Assembly (NCBI GenBank): GCA_023205875.1
Contig: CP060759.1
Coordinates: 620,001 to 684,000, forward strand
DNA length: 64,000 nt
From: Chloropicon primus
Taxonomy: Eukaryota
Reading direction: 5' to 3'
Shown: positions 12,578 to 23,354 of the stretch, piece after piece
How the letters are laid out: each line of letters begins with the position of its first letter
How positions within the stretch are numbered: position 1 is the stretch's first letter
Notes under the pieces: generated by a model
Database searches by the model: none
What the model saw: the letters and a program-made list of their open reading frames with translations, nothing else
Told to the model about the DNA's origin: nothing
Made by a program: the position numbers and the translations under genes

Positions 12578-14761
12578 CTAGTCGAAGAAAGGGTTGTTGG
12601 ACTGGCTTGGCTGCGGAGGGAAAGCCTGCTGGGGCTGGCCGAACCCTTGCGTGAAGCCCTGTGTGGGCGACTGGAACGCCGGATCGGGGAAACCCTGCGC
12701 GAGCGGGGAGGGGAAGCCAGCCTTTGTTGGCTCCGGCACCGGAGAGAAGCTGCTCGGGAACACTTGGGCGGCCATAGGGACCTGGGTGGGCTGAGGCTGC
12801 CCGGGGACAGGCACGTCCAAGCTTAGCAAGTCCCCTAGGAGGTCCACTGGTGCCGGGTCTTGTTTCGGGGCCTCCCCTTGGGCTTCCACCCCGTTCCCGG
12901 TTTCCGCCGCGGCGCTCTCCACCCCCCCATCCGCACCGAGCTCGGCCTCCAGCTCCCCTGTGTCGACGAATTCCTTGCCGCAGGCGTACAAGTTCCTGTA
13001 GGTCACAAAGTCGCTCGGCCTCTTCAGCAAAACGGAAGAGACGAAGGGAATCCTCTTGGAGAGGATGTGCTCCACTTGCTTGTCCAGGCCTTCTATGATG
13101 TCGCCGCTCTCTATGGGCGGCTTCGGGGCCAGAACCACCTCTCTCGCCACGCTCAGATCGCCAGCCAGAAGCCTCCAGTAGAAGAGGGCCCGCTCCCTCA
13201 CGTCCGGATCGTCGACAGAGTCGTTCGTCTGCCCTAGCAACTCCTGGAGCATGTCCACGCTCCTGTCGCTCTCGATGTTCAAGTACAACTTGGAGAGCGC
13301 AGTCAAAAGTGCCAGCTGCACTTGCGACTCTTCCTCCTTGTATGTCTCGAAGAAAATTTCTAGGATCTCCTCCGCGGCCTCGATCCTGTCCGAGTACTCC
13401 CCAATAATCCAAATGATGGCAGCCTTCGCTCCTGGCTCGTCCACCTCCTCCAGGCTGGAGCAGACCTCAGAAATGATCGATTCGTACCTGTTGGGGTACT
13501 TGCGGAAGATGGTCTGCACGGTCACGACTGCTTCCTGCAAGACGATAGGGACCTTGTCCTCGATCACGCCGAGGACGATCTTGATGCAGAACTCGACCGA
13601 GCTTTCGAAGTTGATGGCGCATAGGGCCACCGCCTGCATAGCTTTCCTCGCAATTTCCCCATCCACGTCGTGGCAATACTCCTTGAACTCCGACAGGATC
13701 TGGTGGACGTTCTCCGAGTTGGCCATCGCGATCATGATGTCCACCTTTTCGGATTTCACGAAGGTGGGGTCGTTGTACTTGCAGAAGAAGGTCTTGACGT
13801 CCGCGGTCGCCAGAACGTCAGGGTACTTCTGCAGGATGATCTTCAGATTCCTCAGGCAGGTCCACTGGATGTCCGATGGGAGGCTCATCAGCGTGCACAG
13901 CGGCTGGGCCATCTTCAACGCAAAGCTCTTCTTGGTGTCCTCCGACCGCAGGAACGACAAGTTGTACAGCATGAGCTTGACAGCGGACATGACCACCGAG
14001 GCGTTCGAGTGGTTGAGCCTCGGCACGACACGCTCCAGCAGGGTGACCGCCTCCTTCTCCGAGCGGGGGGAGAACAGGATCAGCGTGTCCAAGAGGGCGA
14101 CCTGGTTCCACTGGGTGCACTCGTTGAGCGCTGCCAAGATCTTCGTCGCCGCGGCCATGTCCAGCTTCAAAACGGAGAAGGGGGCCCTCTGCCTGATCTC
14201 GTTCAGGGCCGTCGCGGCGTTTGCCACCACGTGGGGGTTGGCGTCCCCGAGCAGCTCGGTGAGCTCGGAGATCAAGTTCCCAGACTCCACGACCTCTGGG
14301 CTCACGTCGAAAACCTTGGCCACGGACAGGGCCGCAGTCTTTCGCACGAAAGGGTCCGCGTCGTGCAAGCCGACCCGGACGGGCTCCACCATCTCGCCCG
14401 CCATGTGCTCCACCCTCGTGCTGGTCAGGGTTCTCAGCGCGATGGCTCGCACGAGAGGGTTCGGGCTCGAAACGTCGCGGACCATCCTGTTGAAGGCCAT
14501 GGTCACCGCGTCGGCGTTATGGGCGGCAAGCGCAGAGAGGAACATGTACACCGCCTTCTTCATCTCCACGTCAGGGCTCTCAAGACAGTGCATCACATCG
14601 GGAAGCAGGACGCTCACATTCGGTGCGCCGAGGGGCGTCCCCGCCAGGCTCGCGTGCGCCACCATCCTCTTCAACGCGCTCTTCGTGCGCTTCTCATCGT
14701 ACAGGTCGGCCTTGAGCTCCTGCAGCTCCCCCTTGTGCTCCCTGTCCACTGTCGGCGCCAT
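12578..14761 (-). CDS. AP-1/AP-2 beta-adaptin-like subunit (trunk plus hinge, no ear domain)
   Basis: SPNPLVRAIALRTL, DPFVRKTAA, FFCKYNDP, IFRKYPNRYESII, DPDVRERALFYWRLL; clathrin box LLSLD. Confidence 0.9.
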   Translation of the reverse strand: MAPTVDREHKGELQELKADLYDEKRTKSALKRMVAHASLAGTPLGAPNVSVLLPDVMHCLESPDVEMKKAVYMFLSALAAHNADAVTMAFNRMVRDVSSPNPLVRAIALRTLTSTRVEHMAGEMVEPVRVGLHDADPFVRKTAALSVAKVFDVSPEVVESGNLISELTELLGDANPHVVANAATALNEIRQRAPFSVLKLDMAAATKILAALNECTQWNQVALLDTLILFSPRSEKEAVTLLERVVPRLNHSNASVVMSAVKLMLYNLSFLRSEDTKKSFALKMAQPLCTLMSLPSDIQWTCLRNLKIILQKYPDVLATADVKTFFCKYNDPTFVKSEKVDIMIAMANSENVHQILSEFKEYCHDVDGEIARKAMQAVALCAINFESSVEFCIKIVLGVIEDKVPIVLQEAVVTVQTIFRKYPNRYESIISEVCSSLEEVDEPGAKAAIIWIIGEYSDRIEAAEEILEIFFETYKEEESQVQLALLTALSKLYLNIESDRSVDMLQELLGQTNDSVDDPDVRERALFYWRLLAGDLSVAREVVLAPKPPIESGDIIEGLDKQVEHILSKRIPFVSSVLLKRPSDFVTYRNLYACGKEFVDTGELEAELGADGGVESAAAETGNGVEAQGEAPKQDPAPVDLLGDLLSLDVPVPGQPQPTQVPMAAQVFPSSFSPVPEPTKAGFPSPLAQGFPDPAFQSPTQGFTQGFGQPQQAFPPQPSQSNNPFFD

Positions 14762-15098
14762 GGCTTCGACCCCACGCTCACCTCGTCGTCGTCGTCGTCG
14801 CTTGATCTCCGTAATAACGCTCCGCTTTCCGTTTAAACCCCAACATCGAGGGAACTCCAAAAAGGGGATGAGATGGGGGTGAGGGTGAAGCGCCAAGGAC
14901 TTTTGATAGTCAAGGTGGATGACGACGGGTGAGCGGTCAAGCGAAAGCACTTTTGAAAGCTGCTCAAGCATTAATGAAGCCCCAGCGGAGGACGGGGCAA
15001 AAGATCATTTTTTACTCTATATTTATATTCGCCAGCTTTTTAGCTATACAGCTTTTCGATTGATTGGTGAACCATCGTCAATCGAAAGAAGCTCCCCC

Positions 15099-17597
15099 TC
15101 ACTTGCGGAAGAACCCGACAAGGTTCCGAAACAGCTTGCCAAAGCTCTCGCAGTGCGCGACCTCGGCCTCCTTGATCCAGTCGGGCAGCTTTCTGAAGGG
15201 GCCGCCGGACTCGGAACAGTACCGGCGGTCGGCCAGAATGATGCACGCGTAATCGCCCCTGTGCCGGATGGCCCTCCCTATGGTCTGGTTCACGGCCTTC
15301 ATGCAGATGTTCTCCATGTGCTCCCTCGTGGCGCTGCCTCCGCCCCCGCTGCCCCCCGCCGGGTTCACCTTGCGGGATATCTCGTCCAAGTACCTGAGCC
15401 TCTCGCTGAGCTCCTGGTCGTAGATGTTGGGGTAAGGCAGGCCCGCGAGGATCACGCACCGGCCGAGCCTGTCGCTGAAGTTGATGCCTTCCGACATCTT
15501 GCCCCCCACCACGCAGAAGAGGATCGCCCCCGCAGCGTCGTCCTCGCTCTCGATCTGGGACTTGTACTTGCTCAGGACCCCTTCCACCTCGTCCGCGGCC
15601 TTGGGCTCCCCGAAGACTCTCTTCTTCTGCCCGATTTGGTCCATGATCCCGCGGCTGGACCACAGGGCGGTCACCTCCTCGGAGTACTTGTAGGACGGAA
15701 AGAAGCACACGACGCCGTCGGGGACGACCTTGCAAGCGTTCACGACCAGGCGCCCGAGGTCCATCATCATGTCCTCAGAGCTCCGCTTGGAATGCACGAA
15801 GTCGAAGTCCTTGCCCGTGGGGCCCTTGGGTATCGTCAGGGTGAGGAGATTCTTCCTGTTGATCACGTGGCCGCAGCTCAGAGTCCTGACCTCCTCCCTG
15901 TTCACCGTCGGCATGACCTGCAGGAAGAGGTCGTCCAGTGGCGCGAGCGTGCCCCCCACGAGCAGCACCGCGTGAGCTTCTTGGACGAGGTTCTCGAAGT
16001 GCGTCGCCGCATTGAGCATGACGAACTTCACCTGTTCCGCACCCTTGTCCACGATGACCCTGCCATCCTCCTCGTTGTTGGTGAGGGCAAACAGAAGGTC
16101 CATGACGGAGTTGAGTGCACCCAACTTCTCCACGTCCCCCGTGTCGCCCCCCTCATTCTGACTCGCGAGCACCTCAGAGTACCCGCTCACCTTGAAGAAG
16201 AGCTTGCTTTCCCTGACAAACTCGGACAGCTTGAAGATGTTGATGTTGTCTATTCCAGTTTCCGAGAGAAACTCGTTCACCGTCACGATTCTGGAGCTCT
16301 GGCCCTCTCTCGACGCAGCTTCAAAGCACTTGGACAACGCGTCCGCCAGGCGGAGGATCATTTGCACGTTGCGCCCGTTCGTTGGGCTGAACATGTTTTT
16401 GAACCGATTGTAGTACACCAGGACCTGCCTCTTCGCGGTTTTCACCTGCACCAAGCTCAAGACGACCGAGTGCATGTTGTTCACGGCGTCCGCGACGTTG
16501 TGGGCCTCGTCGATGATGACCACGCTGTCCTTGACTCGCACGCCACTGGTTTCCCTCACAGACTTGCTGAGGACGGTGTTGTACGGGAGGAACACAATAT
16601 CCGCATCGAGGGCCGCTTTTCGAGCAGCATAATACCCACAAGCCTCGATCTTCTTCGCGGCCACTCCAATGTCCTCGATGTCCATGGGGCTGGACAAGAT
16701 CCTTCTCACCAATTTAGCCTGCTTCCCTTTCTTCTGGAAGTACGGGCAGCCCTTGCTGCATCCGCCCTTGGCACCCTTGGCCTTCTTGCCGCTCCGCTTC
16801 TGCTGCAACTGGATGCACTGCTCGTTGATCCTGGAGATGGTCTTCAGGCGAGCAACCTTTTCGTTGACGCAAAGGCCTTTCCTCGATCCCAGGATGGAAG
16901 CCGAGACCTGGCTGGCGAGACTCGTGCCCCTCAGCTCCTTCACCACTTGTGAGAGCTGGGAATGCGTCCTGCTGCAGTAGAATATCTGGCGGTGGAGGCG
17001 CTCCGGCTCGGTGTCAGAGCTCTCCGACTCGGACTCGTCGTCAAGGTCCACGGGGAACTTCCGCTTCCCAGCCTCGCCCTTCTCGCCACCCCCGTCCTCG
17101 ATGAGGAACTCTTCCTCCAAATCAACGAGGTCCTCCTCCCCCCCCTCCGACGCTTGCGCCGCCCCCGGCCTCGCCCCGTTGCTGGCCTTGCCACCCCAGT
17201 GCGCCGAGACCGAGCTCTGCTTTCCCGCCAAGAGCCTCTCCCTGTCCCGCACTGCCGTGGCCCTCGGAGCGGGCACCCGCTTCACCAGCCTCGAGTTCCG
17301 CTTCTCCTCCTCGAAGTCCTTGATCCAATCAGGGTTCTCGCTTTCCGAGCTCTCGCCCTCTGCCACCAAGTCCCCTCGATCTCCCTCCTCCTCCTCCTCC
17401 TCCCTCCGGTCCACGAGCCACTGCAAGGATGAACAAAGCAAGCTCAGCGTTTTTCCTGTCCCCGTGGGCGACTCCAGGACCCCCACGCCACCGTGTTCCA
17501 GCGTCCGGTACACCGCGCGCATGAGGTCCTTCTGCACGTCGTACGGCTCGAAAGGGAACGCGGGGAACGTCTCCCTCTCCCTCTCGAGCGGCGCCAT
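15099..17597 (-). CDS. DDX11: ATP-dependent DNA helicase DDX11/ChlR1 (Fe-S SF2)
   Basis: FPFEPYDVQ, ESPTGTGKTLSLLC, CSRTHSQL, DEAHN, GGKMSEGINFSD, AVNQTIGRAIRH. Confidence 0.93.
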   Translation of the reverse strand: MAPLERERETFPAFPFEPYDVQKDLMRAVYRTLEHGGVGVLESPTGTGKTLSLLCSSLQWLVDRREEEEEEGDRGDLVAEGESSESENPDWIKDFEEEKRNSRLVKRVPAPRATAVRDRERLLAGKQSSVSAHWGGKASNGARPGAAQASEGGEEDLVDLEEEFLIEDGGGEKGEAGKRKFPVDLDDESESESSDTEPERLHRQIFYCSRTHSQLSQVVKELRGTSLASQVSASILGSRKGLCVNEKVARLKTISRINEQCIQLQQKRSGKKAKGAKGGCSKGCPYFQKKGKQAKLVRRILSSPMDIEDIGVAAKKIEACGYYAARKAALDADIVFLPYNTVLSKSVRETSGVRVKDSVVIIDEAHNVADAVNNMHSVVLSLVQVKTAKRQVLVYYNRFKNMFSPTNGRNVQMILRLADALSKCFEAASREGQSSRIVTVNEFLSETGIDNINIFKLSEFVRESKLFFKVSGYSEVLASQNEGGDTGDVEKLGALNSVMDLLFALTNNEEDGRVIVDKGAEQVKFVMLNAATHFENLVQEAHAVLLVGGTLAPLDDLFLQVMPTVNREEVRTLSCGHVINRKNLLTLTIPKGPTGKDFDFVHSKRSSEDMMMDLGRLVVNACKVVPDGVVCFFPSYKYSEEVTALWSSRGIMDQIGQKKRVFGEPKAADEVEGVLSKYKSQIESEDDAAGAILFCVVGGKMSEGINFSDRLGRCVILAGLPYPNIYDQELSERLRYLDEISRKVNPAGGSGGGGSATREHMENICMKAVNQTIGRAIRHRGDYACIILADRRYCSESGGPFRKLPDWIKEAEVAHCESFGKLFRNLVGFFRK

Positions 17598-17999
17598 CGT
17601 CGCTGCCTCGTCTGTCGAGAGCTCCCTTCAAAATTGGCAAGACAGAGGAGAGAAGAGGAGAGGAGATGATGGTGGTGGTGGTGGTGGAGGTGGAGGTGGA
17701 GCCAATGGGGTGATGCAGGGGTGGCAGGTGGGCACCGTGGTCTCTTCCTCTTCGTGATCTTTACTAGGAGCCCTCACTTGGCGCCGGTGGGGGGAGGGAG
17801 AGGAAAGGAAGGTGATTGATGATGACGGGCGACAAGGGGTCAGGGGGTGGTAAGAGCGTGGAATCGACCGCGGGATCCGCGAGCCAGTGGTCTTGCCGCC
17901 CAATCTCTGATCAGCCTCGTGGTGGCTTTCCGTGACTTTCGATGATTACACAAGCGAAAACTCTGAGAACTCAAAGCTCTTTTCGAAGAAGTGCAGCCT

Positions 18000-18671
18000 T
18001 TACTCCTTGGCGGCCAGATACTGCCGCAGGGCCTCCACAGCCTTGTACCTGTGCGAAATCTTATTCTTTGTGTCCTTGTCGAGCTCGGCATACGTCTTGT
18101 CGTAGCCCGTGGGCTCGAAAATGGGATCCCAACCAAAGTCGTTCGGCCCCCTCGCTGGAACAATGGTGCCGTCCGTCATCCCCTTAAATATTTTGGGCTC
18201 GCTGCCCGGGCCCGAGGAGAAGCCAAAGGTGCAAAGGGCGTAGCCAGTCTTGTCCTCGTACGGCTCCACGAGCTTGTTCAGACCCTCGTGGCCCAACTTT
18301 TTCAGAAACCACTTGATGTATGGGCCCGGGAGACCCTTCAAAGCGTTGAAACACAGACAAGTGTCCTCGACTATGACAGGGCCGCCGACCTCCTTCGCGG
18401 CAAGCCTGCACTTTTCCGCCGCAATGTCGTCCGGCTCGCCCTGGAGCTCCGGCAGGTCCACACTCAATGCCTCGATCTCATACGGAAAGTCGCTCTCCGC
18501 GGCCAGGATCTGTCTCACTTCCTTGAGTTTGTTCTGGTTTCCAGTGCAGAACACCAGCCTCTTCTTCCCCATCCCTTCCCCACTCGTCGCCATCTTGCGC
18601 ACGTCCCTTCTCCTCGCACCAACGTTCCCGTAAGCACAACACCTTCGTAGGCTCGTTACCCTCCGTAACAT
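18000..18671 (-). CDS. ITPA: Inosine triphosphate pyrophosphatase (HAM1); alternative ATG at 18593
   Basis: [53 protein letters not shown]. Confidence 0.95.
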   Translation of the reverse strand: MLRRVTSLRRCCAYGNVGARRRDVRKMATSGEGMGKKRLVFCTGNQNKLKEVRQILAAESDFPYEIEALSVDLPELQGEPDDIAAEKCRLAAKEVGGPVIVEDTCLCFNALKGLPGPYIKWFLKKLGHEGLNKLVEPYEDKTGYALCTFGFSSGPGSEPKIFKGMTDGTIVPARGPNDFGWDPIFEPTGYDKTYAELDKDTKNKISHRYKAVEALRQYLAAKE

Positions 18672-18802
18672 CCACCTCAACTCACTCCCCCACACAAAGG
18701 CAAGAAGACGATGCTCTTCCCTGCTCCTCTGCAAACAAAAAACTAGAGCAACAGGAGGAAGACAAACAATCCTTGTTCGGAGTGAGCAATGTCTCCGACG
18801 AT

Positions 18803-18836
18803 TGAATGAATGAATGAATGAATGAATGAATGAATG
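18803..18836. repeat. (TGAA)n microsatellite
   Basis: About 8 perfect TGAA units in the ITPA/LSM2 divergent spacer. Confidence 0.9.
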
Positions 18837-19055
18837 CCTTGTGGTGAGTTCCCTGGTTCCTTCTCAATCCGTCGCGTTGCGTCGCGTCGTGGTCTCCGTC
18901 CTCGTCGCTCGCTCTCCAGCCGTTTTGATCCATCAGCTGCAGTTCACTCGAGGGTTTCGCTTCGGCGCCACGAGAGAGAGAGAGAGAGAGAGAGAGAGGA
19001 AGAGGAGGAGGGTTAAGGGAGGGACGCTCGACAGGGATTGGGTTGGATCATCATC

Positions 19056-19557
19056 ATGCTGTTTTACTCCTTTTTCAAGACGCTTACGGGAAAGGAGGTG
19101 ACCGTGGAACTCAAAAACGACTTGTCGATCACGGGGATACTCCACTCGGTCGACCAGTACTTGAACATCAAACTGAACGAGATTAAGGTGGTCGATGAGG
19201 AGAAGCACCCTCACTTGGTAGGTCAAGGGATCGAGACTTGCTCGGGGCCTCGAGCGCGTTTCTGACTCGCTCGCTCTTCGGTTTTTGACTCGGACTTTCT
19301 CTCTCGCAGATGGCCGTGCAGAACTGTTTCATTAGAGGCTCGGTTGTACGATATATTCAGGTGAGTTTCGGTTGTCTCGTGGGTCGTGGGACCGGTGGCA
19401 GACGCCAAGGTAGCGAAGGGCGAGGCACGCAGACCAGCTGACTCGGGCTTCCTCCTCCGCATCTTTCTTTCCCGCCCGCCTTCCTCAGTTGCCACAGGAC
19501 GCCATAGACACAGATCTGCTCCACGATGCCACGCGAAGAGAAGCGAGGAACTCGTAG
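19056..19557 (+). CDS. LSM2: Sm-like protein LSm2; exons 19056-19217, 19310-19360, 19489-19557
   Basis: MLFYSFFKTL..VELKNDL..GILHSVDQYLNIKL / MAVQNCFIRGSVVRYIQ / LPQDAIDTDLLHDATRREA; canonical introns. Confidence 0.96.
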
Positions 19558-19720
19558 GCCTGGAGGAGCCAAAGGGGGTCATCACACTGCTCGGGACATG
19601 CCGGTTTATGCCACACGCGATTTCAAAATGGTGCATAGGTTATATACGTTATTATAATTTCAAGTTACTGTTTACTCTATTGCTACACCTTCCGCGCGGC
19701 GAAGGAATACTGTACAAGGG

Positions 19721-20755
19721 CTACGAGTGGATCAAGGTGCATCGAAGGGCAGGGAAACGAGAAAATAAATAATCCCTGTCCTTGATCTTCACGTTCCCGC
19801 AGCCGTTCACGTCAAAAGAGTGGAGTGCCTTGCAGTTTCCTGCAAGAGCGTCGACGCTCCTGTCCGTGACGCCCAAAATCCCGTGAAGGGAGAGCAGCTC
19901 AAGTTCCCTGCAATGGCTTGCAATGGCTTCGACCCCAACGTCAGTGACCTTGATGCACCAGGTTAGATTCAGGTAAGTGAGGGCAGAGCATCCGCTCACC
20001 CCCGCCAAGCCTTGGTCAGTCAGGTGGTGGCTGCCACAGAGGTCGAGGAAAGTCAAATGCCGCAGGCTTCCGATCGAACTTAGACTGCTGTCGGTGAAGG
20101 CCGATATGGCGTACAAGTTCAGGTACGTCAGAGAGGCCAAATGCTTCGTGACATGGAAGAGACCATCGTCAGAGAGCTTTATGCACCTCGTGATGTCCAG
20201 CCTTTTCAGGTTTTTGCAGCCCTCTGCGACAAACTGAAGGCTCTTGTCCGTTATCGACTTGCATCCGCTGACGTTGAGATAGACGAGATCCTTCAGAGCG
20301 GAGGCCACGGACTTGATTCCTTCGTCATTGATCTTCAGATTCCAATACACCTGGAGATGCGTGATTGCCTTGGCGTGCTTGGCCACGGCCTCCAGCGCTG
20401 CGTTTGATACTTTTTGGCAGCCGTTCAAGTTCAGTTTCTTCAAGTTGTTCATCCGAACGAGGAAGGCCTCCACGTGGGGGTCCATGACATTCGACACGAA
20501 CTCCAGGTTGAAATCCTCGACGCCGGCGACCAGACTCTCGCAGGCAAGAACATCGTCCACCAGAAGATCAATGATAACGTTGCGATAGGCGCGAACGTCG
20601 ACCTTGGACCAGCAGGAAGGAGATCTCACCGCATCCCTGAATGAGCGAGAGACCAATGCGAGTCGACCGCGTTCCTTGAAGTCGACCAGATGGGAAAGGA
20701 TTTTGATCACCAGGTCCTTGTTCCTGAAGAGGATCGCGCTCGCCCCTTCCTCCAT
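19721..20755 (-). CDS. F-box/LRR-repeat (FBXL) protein
   Basis: N-terminal F-box (DLVIKILSHL..RLALVSRSFR) followed by multiple LRR-CC repeats (LNLNGCQKVSN, LNVSGCKSITD, LNLTWCIKVTD). Confidence 0.88.
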   Translation of the reverse strand: MEEGASAILFRNKDLVIKILSHLVDFKERGRLALVSRSFRDAVRSPSCWSKVDVRAYRNVIIDLLVDDVLACESLVAGVEDFNLEFVSNVMDPHVEAFLVRMNNLKKLNLNGCQKVSNAALEAVAKHAKAITHLQVYWNLKINDEGIKSVASALKDLVYLNVSGCKSITDKSLQFVAEGCKNLKRLDITRCIKLSDDGLFHVTKHLASLTYLNLYAISAFTDSSLSSIGSLRHLTFLDLCGSHHLTDQGLAGVSGCSALTYLNLTWCIKVTDVGVEAIASHCRELELLSLHGILGVTDRSVDALAGNCKALHSFDVNGCGNVKIKDRDYLFSRFPALRCTLIHS

Positions 20756-21028
20756 CCTCGACGCTTTGCGACTGCGAAACCCTTTCTCCTCCTCTCTCTC
20801 TCTCTCTCCTGCCGTCGCTTTGCTTTTGCTGGGAAAAAAAACTTCGCGGCAAATGCAGAGGATGGCTGACCTCATGGTGGTGGGGTTGAACCGGGACAAG
20901 GACAAAGGGAGCAATCCACCAGCAGCATCACCAGCAACAACAGCAACACTTTCGAAGCGTAAGGGCTTTAGAGGATAAACCAAAATAGTGCAACAATGTG
21001 ATGCCCAAAAGATGAGTATTAGTAGTTA

Positions 21029-22855
21029 CTACTTCCAAGTCTTCTTCGCAGATATGGATTGCTCTATGATCCTTTTGTACGTGGCGAGCTGAAGCTGGTC
21101 GTCGCCGTCCTCGTCGAAAGCTTTGGAGATCAGCTCCATCTCGGCATCGGAGATGGGCCTCCCGGTGGCCTCGGACATGGCGGACTGGAAGTCCTTCTTG
21201 GACACCTCTCCGGTGGCAGCCATCTTGTAGAAGGTCCTCTCGATGACATCCATGTCGTGCACCAGGTTCTGCAAGGCTACAACTTCCTTGACCCTCGTTT
21301 TGCTCGTTCGAAAGAAGCCGTAGTAGAGGTAGGAGACCGGGATGATGTACATGCACAGGCCAACCGCCCCCATCGCCCTGATCACCGTGGGAAACGCGTT
21401 GACGTCTTCCTCCAGACCCAGCGGGATGTTCATGCCCAAAATGCCAGCAGGAACTGCGATCGCCGTGAGGGACAGGGTCAGGAGACTCGTTTGCAAGTTC
21501 AGGGTGAGAATCCTGTTCCTTTGGGAATCCAAGGAGATGTTCAGCACCTCCCTCGTGTCATCAATCCTCTCGTTGATCTCCGTGAGAATTCTCCCTATCT
21601 GCTGCACCTCCCTCCTGCTTGTCTCCAGGATCGCTTCGACTTCAAGGTGGTCCTGGGCCTCAGGCCTCAGGCCCTGGTTCTCATCGATCCAGGTCAAGCT
21701 CATGTTCGCCATGTCTTCGTCCTGCGCAAGGGTCTCTGTCAGGACAAAGTTCATGGATTCCGTGTCCGTCCTGAGGGCCTCCACTTTCTGCTTCAGCGGC
21801 AAAACTTTCCTCAAGGACTCCACGTCGCTGCCGATGTCCCTCAGCACCAGGTCCACGAGCATACCAATCTGGCCTGCCTGGTGGTTCAGCCTGCTTATGG
21901 AGCTCGTCAAGGCGATCTGCAACGCCTGTTGCTCGAATGAGATGTCGCCCAACGCAACGAGGTTGTTCTTCCTATGGAAACCCAGCTTGATCACGTCCCT
22001 CTTACGCTTCTTCTCGTACACGAACTCTGTCGAGAAGCTCTTGCCCACCTCCTCGGACCCAAGGAAGCCGAACCCGGGGAGGTGGGAGGCGCCCTCTGCG
22101 TCCAACTCGCCCTCGTGATGGTCCTCCGGGTCGACCCCCCGATCGATCTTCTGCTTCTCCTTCTCCTTCTCCTTCTCCCTCTCCACCCTGTCCGCCCTCA
22201 CTTGCCTCTTCAGCAGCTGCCCGGCAAGCTCCACGTGAGGCCTGTTCGCCCCGAAGAACATGCACCACTCGCTCTGGATGATGGCCTGCACCTCAAACAG
22301 CCGTAGGATGATGCTCCGGTCCCTCACCAGCATTTCGGCTTGCCGCCTGACCCCGTCAATGTGCAGCAGCCCGAGGTCCCGAAACTGGAAGGACTTGTCG
22401 CTAACCCTCCGGAGCATGTCCAAGTCCGTGCACGTGTACCTCGTGAGCTTGCCGTACTTGTCCACCTCCACCACCTCGTGCGCCATTCCTCCCCTCGTAA
22501 CCCTCTTCTCGTCCCGCATCAGGTTTCTCACCTGTTGAACCGCCTTGTCGAACCGGGCCGAAACCTCCGACGAGGGCACCGAGGACGAAGCCTCGTCAAG
22601 CCCTTCCTCCCCTCCCTTGGGCCCCGCCCCCCGCCCCGACGACGACGACGAGGAGGAGGAGGAGGACGACGACGACGCTTCTGCCTCTCCTGGCCCGTCC
22701 CTGGACCCAGCAGCAAGCGTTCGCTTCCACTCCCTCGCTCCAGGGAACGCTTCCGCCAAACCACTCACGCCTCGGAGCCTCGTCGCGAGGCACAGGCCGA
22801 GCACGGCGCCCCTCCCCTCCTCGAGCCTCCTCGCTCCCAGGGCCACACGCCACAT
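21029..22855 (-). CDS. MRS2/CorA Mg2+ channel with probable mitochondrial presequence and C-terminal EF-hand-like pair
   Basis: FRDL, DEDMANMSLT, VEAILE, LDSQRNRIL, GMN signature and two TMs; tail AFDEDGDDQL. Confidence 0.87.
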   Translation of the reverse strand: MWRVALGARRLEEGRGAVLGLCLATRLRGVSGLAEAFPGAREWKRTLAAGSRDGPGEAEASSSSSSSSSSSSSGRGAGPKGGEEGLDEASSSVPSSEVSARFDKAVQQVRNLMRDEKRVTRGGMAHEVVEVDKYGKLTRYTCTDLDMLRRVSDKSFQFRDLGLLHIDGVRRQAEMLVRDRSIILRLFEVQAIIQSEWCMFFGANRPHVELAGQLLKRQVRADRVEREKEKEKEKQKIDRGVDPEDHHEGELDAEGASHLPGFGFLGSEEVGKSFSTEFVYEKKRKRDVIKLGFHRKNNLVALGDISFEQQALQIALTSSISRLNHQAGQIGMLVDLVLRDIGSDVESLRKVLPLKQKVEALRTDTESMNFVLTETLAQDEDMANMSLTWIDENQGLRPEAQDHLEVEAILETSRREVQQIGRILTEINERIDDTREVLNISLDSQRNRILTLNLQTSLLTLSLTAIAVPAGILGMNIPLGLEEDVNAFPTVIRAMGAVGLCMYIIPVSYLYYGFFRTSKTRVKEVVALQNLVHDMDVIERTFYKMAATGEVSKKDFQSAMSEATGRPISDAEMELISKAFDEDGDDQLQLATYKRIIEQSISAKKTWK

Positions 22856-23311
22856 GCTGCAGCAGCCAAGCAAGCAAACAATGAAGGAGAAAGAGTTTTT
22901 CCGTTTCAGTCCTCGTCACTCTGGCATTCCTTTCAAGCGAGGAAGGGCTCTTCGGAAATATCGCGAGGAGAATGATCCGCCGACAAGGCTTGCTCTCGTC
23001 CTTCCCCTCGTCCTCGTCGTCCGAAACTCACCTCGCGCTCTCCTTCTCCTGAGTCCAGTCCTCCTTCGGAGTTTGCAGAGTTTTGCTGCTGCTGGCTGGT
23101 CGGCTCGAGGGAGGACGACTGACCGACACCGACACGCGACGACTTTGGCGACGGGGGCGAGGGGGAGAGGACGGAAGGGGATGGCTGGGCGAAACTACGA
23201 CTCGAGGTCGCTCGCTGGACGCCTCGGTTGTTGGTTTTGACGACCTGGTGAGGATTCTGTCGAGCGAGAGGAAACAAAAACGAGCGCTTCGAGGAGGATG
23301 GAGAGGTAGAG

Positions 23312-23338
23312 TGACCTGACCTGACCTGACCTGACCTG
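23312..23338. repeat. (TGACC)5 microsatellite just upstream of the HemK2 ATG
   Basis: tgacctgacctgacctgacctgacctg. Confidence 0.85.
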
Positions 23339-23354
23339 GTGGGTTGTGTGCGGC

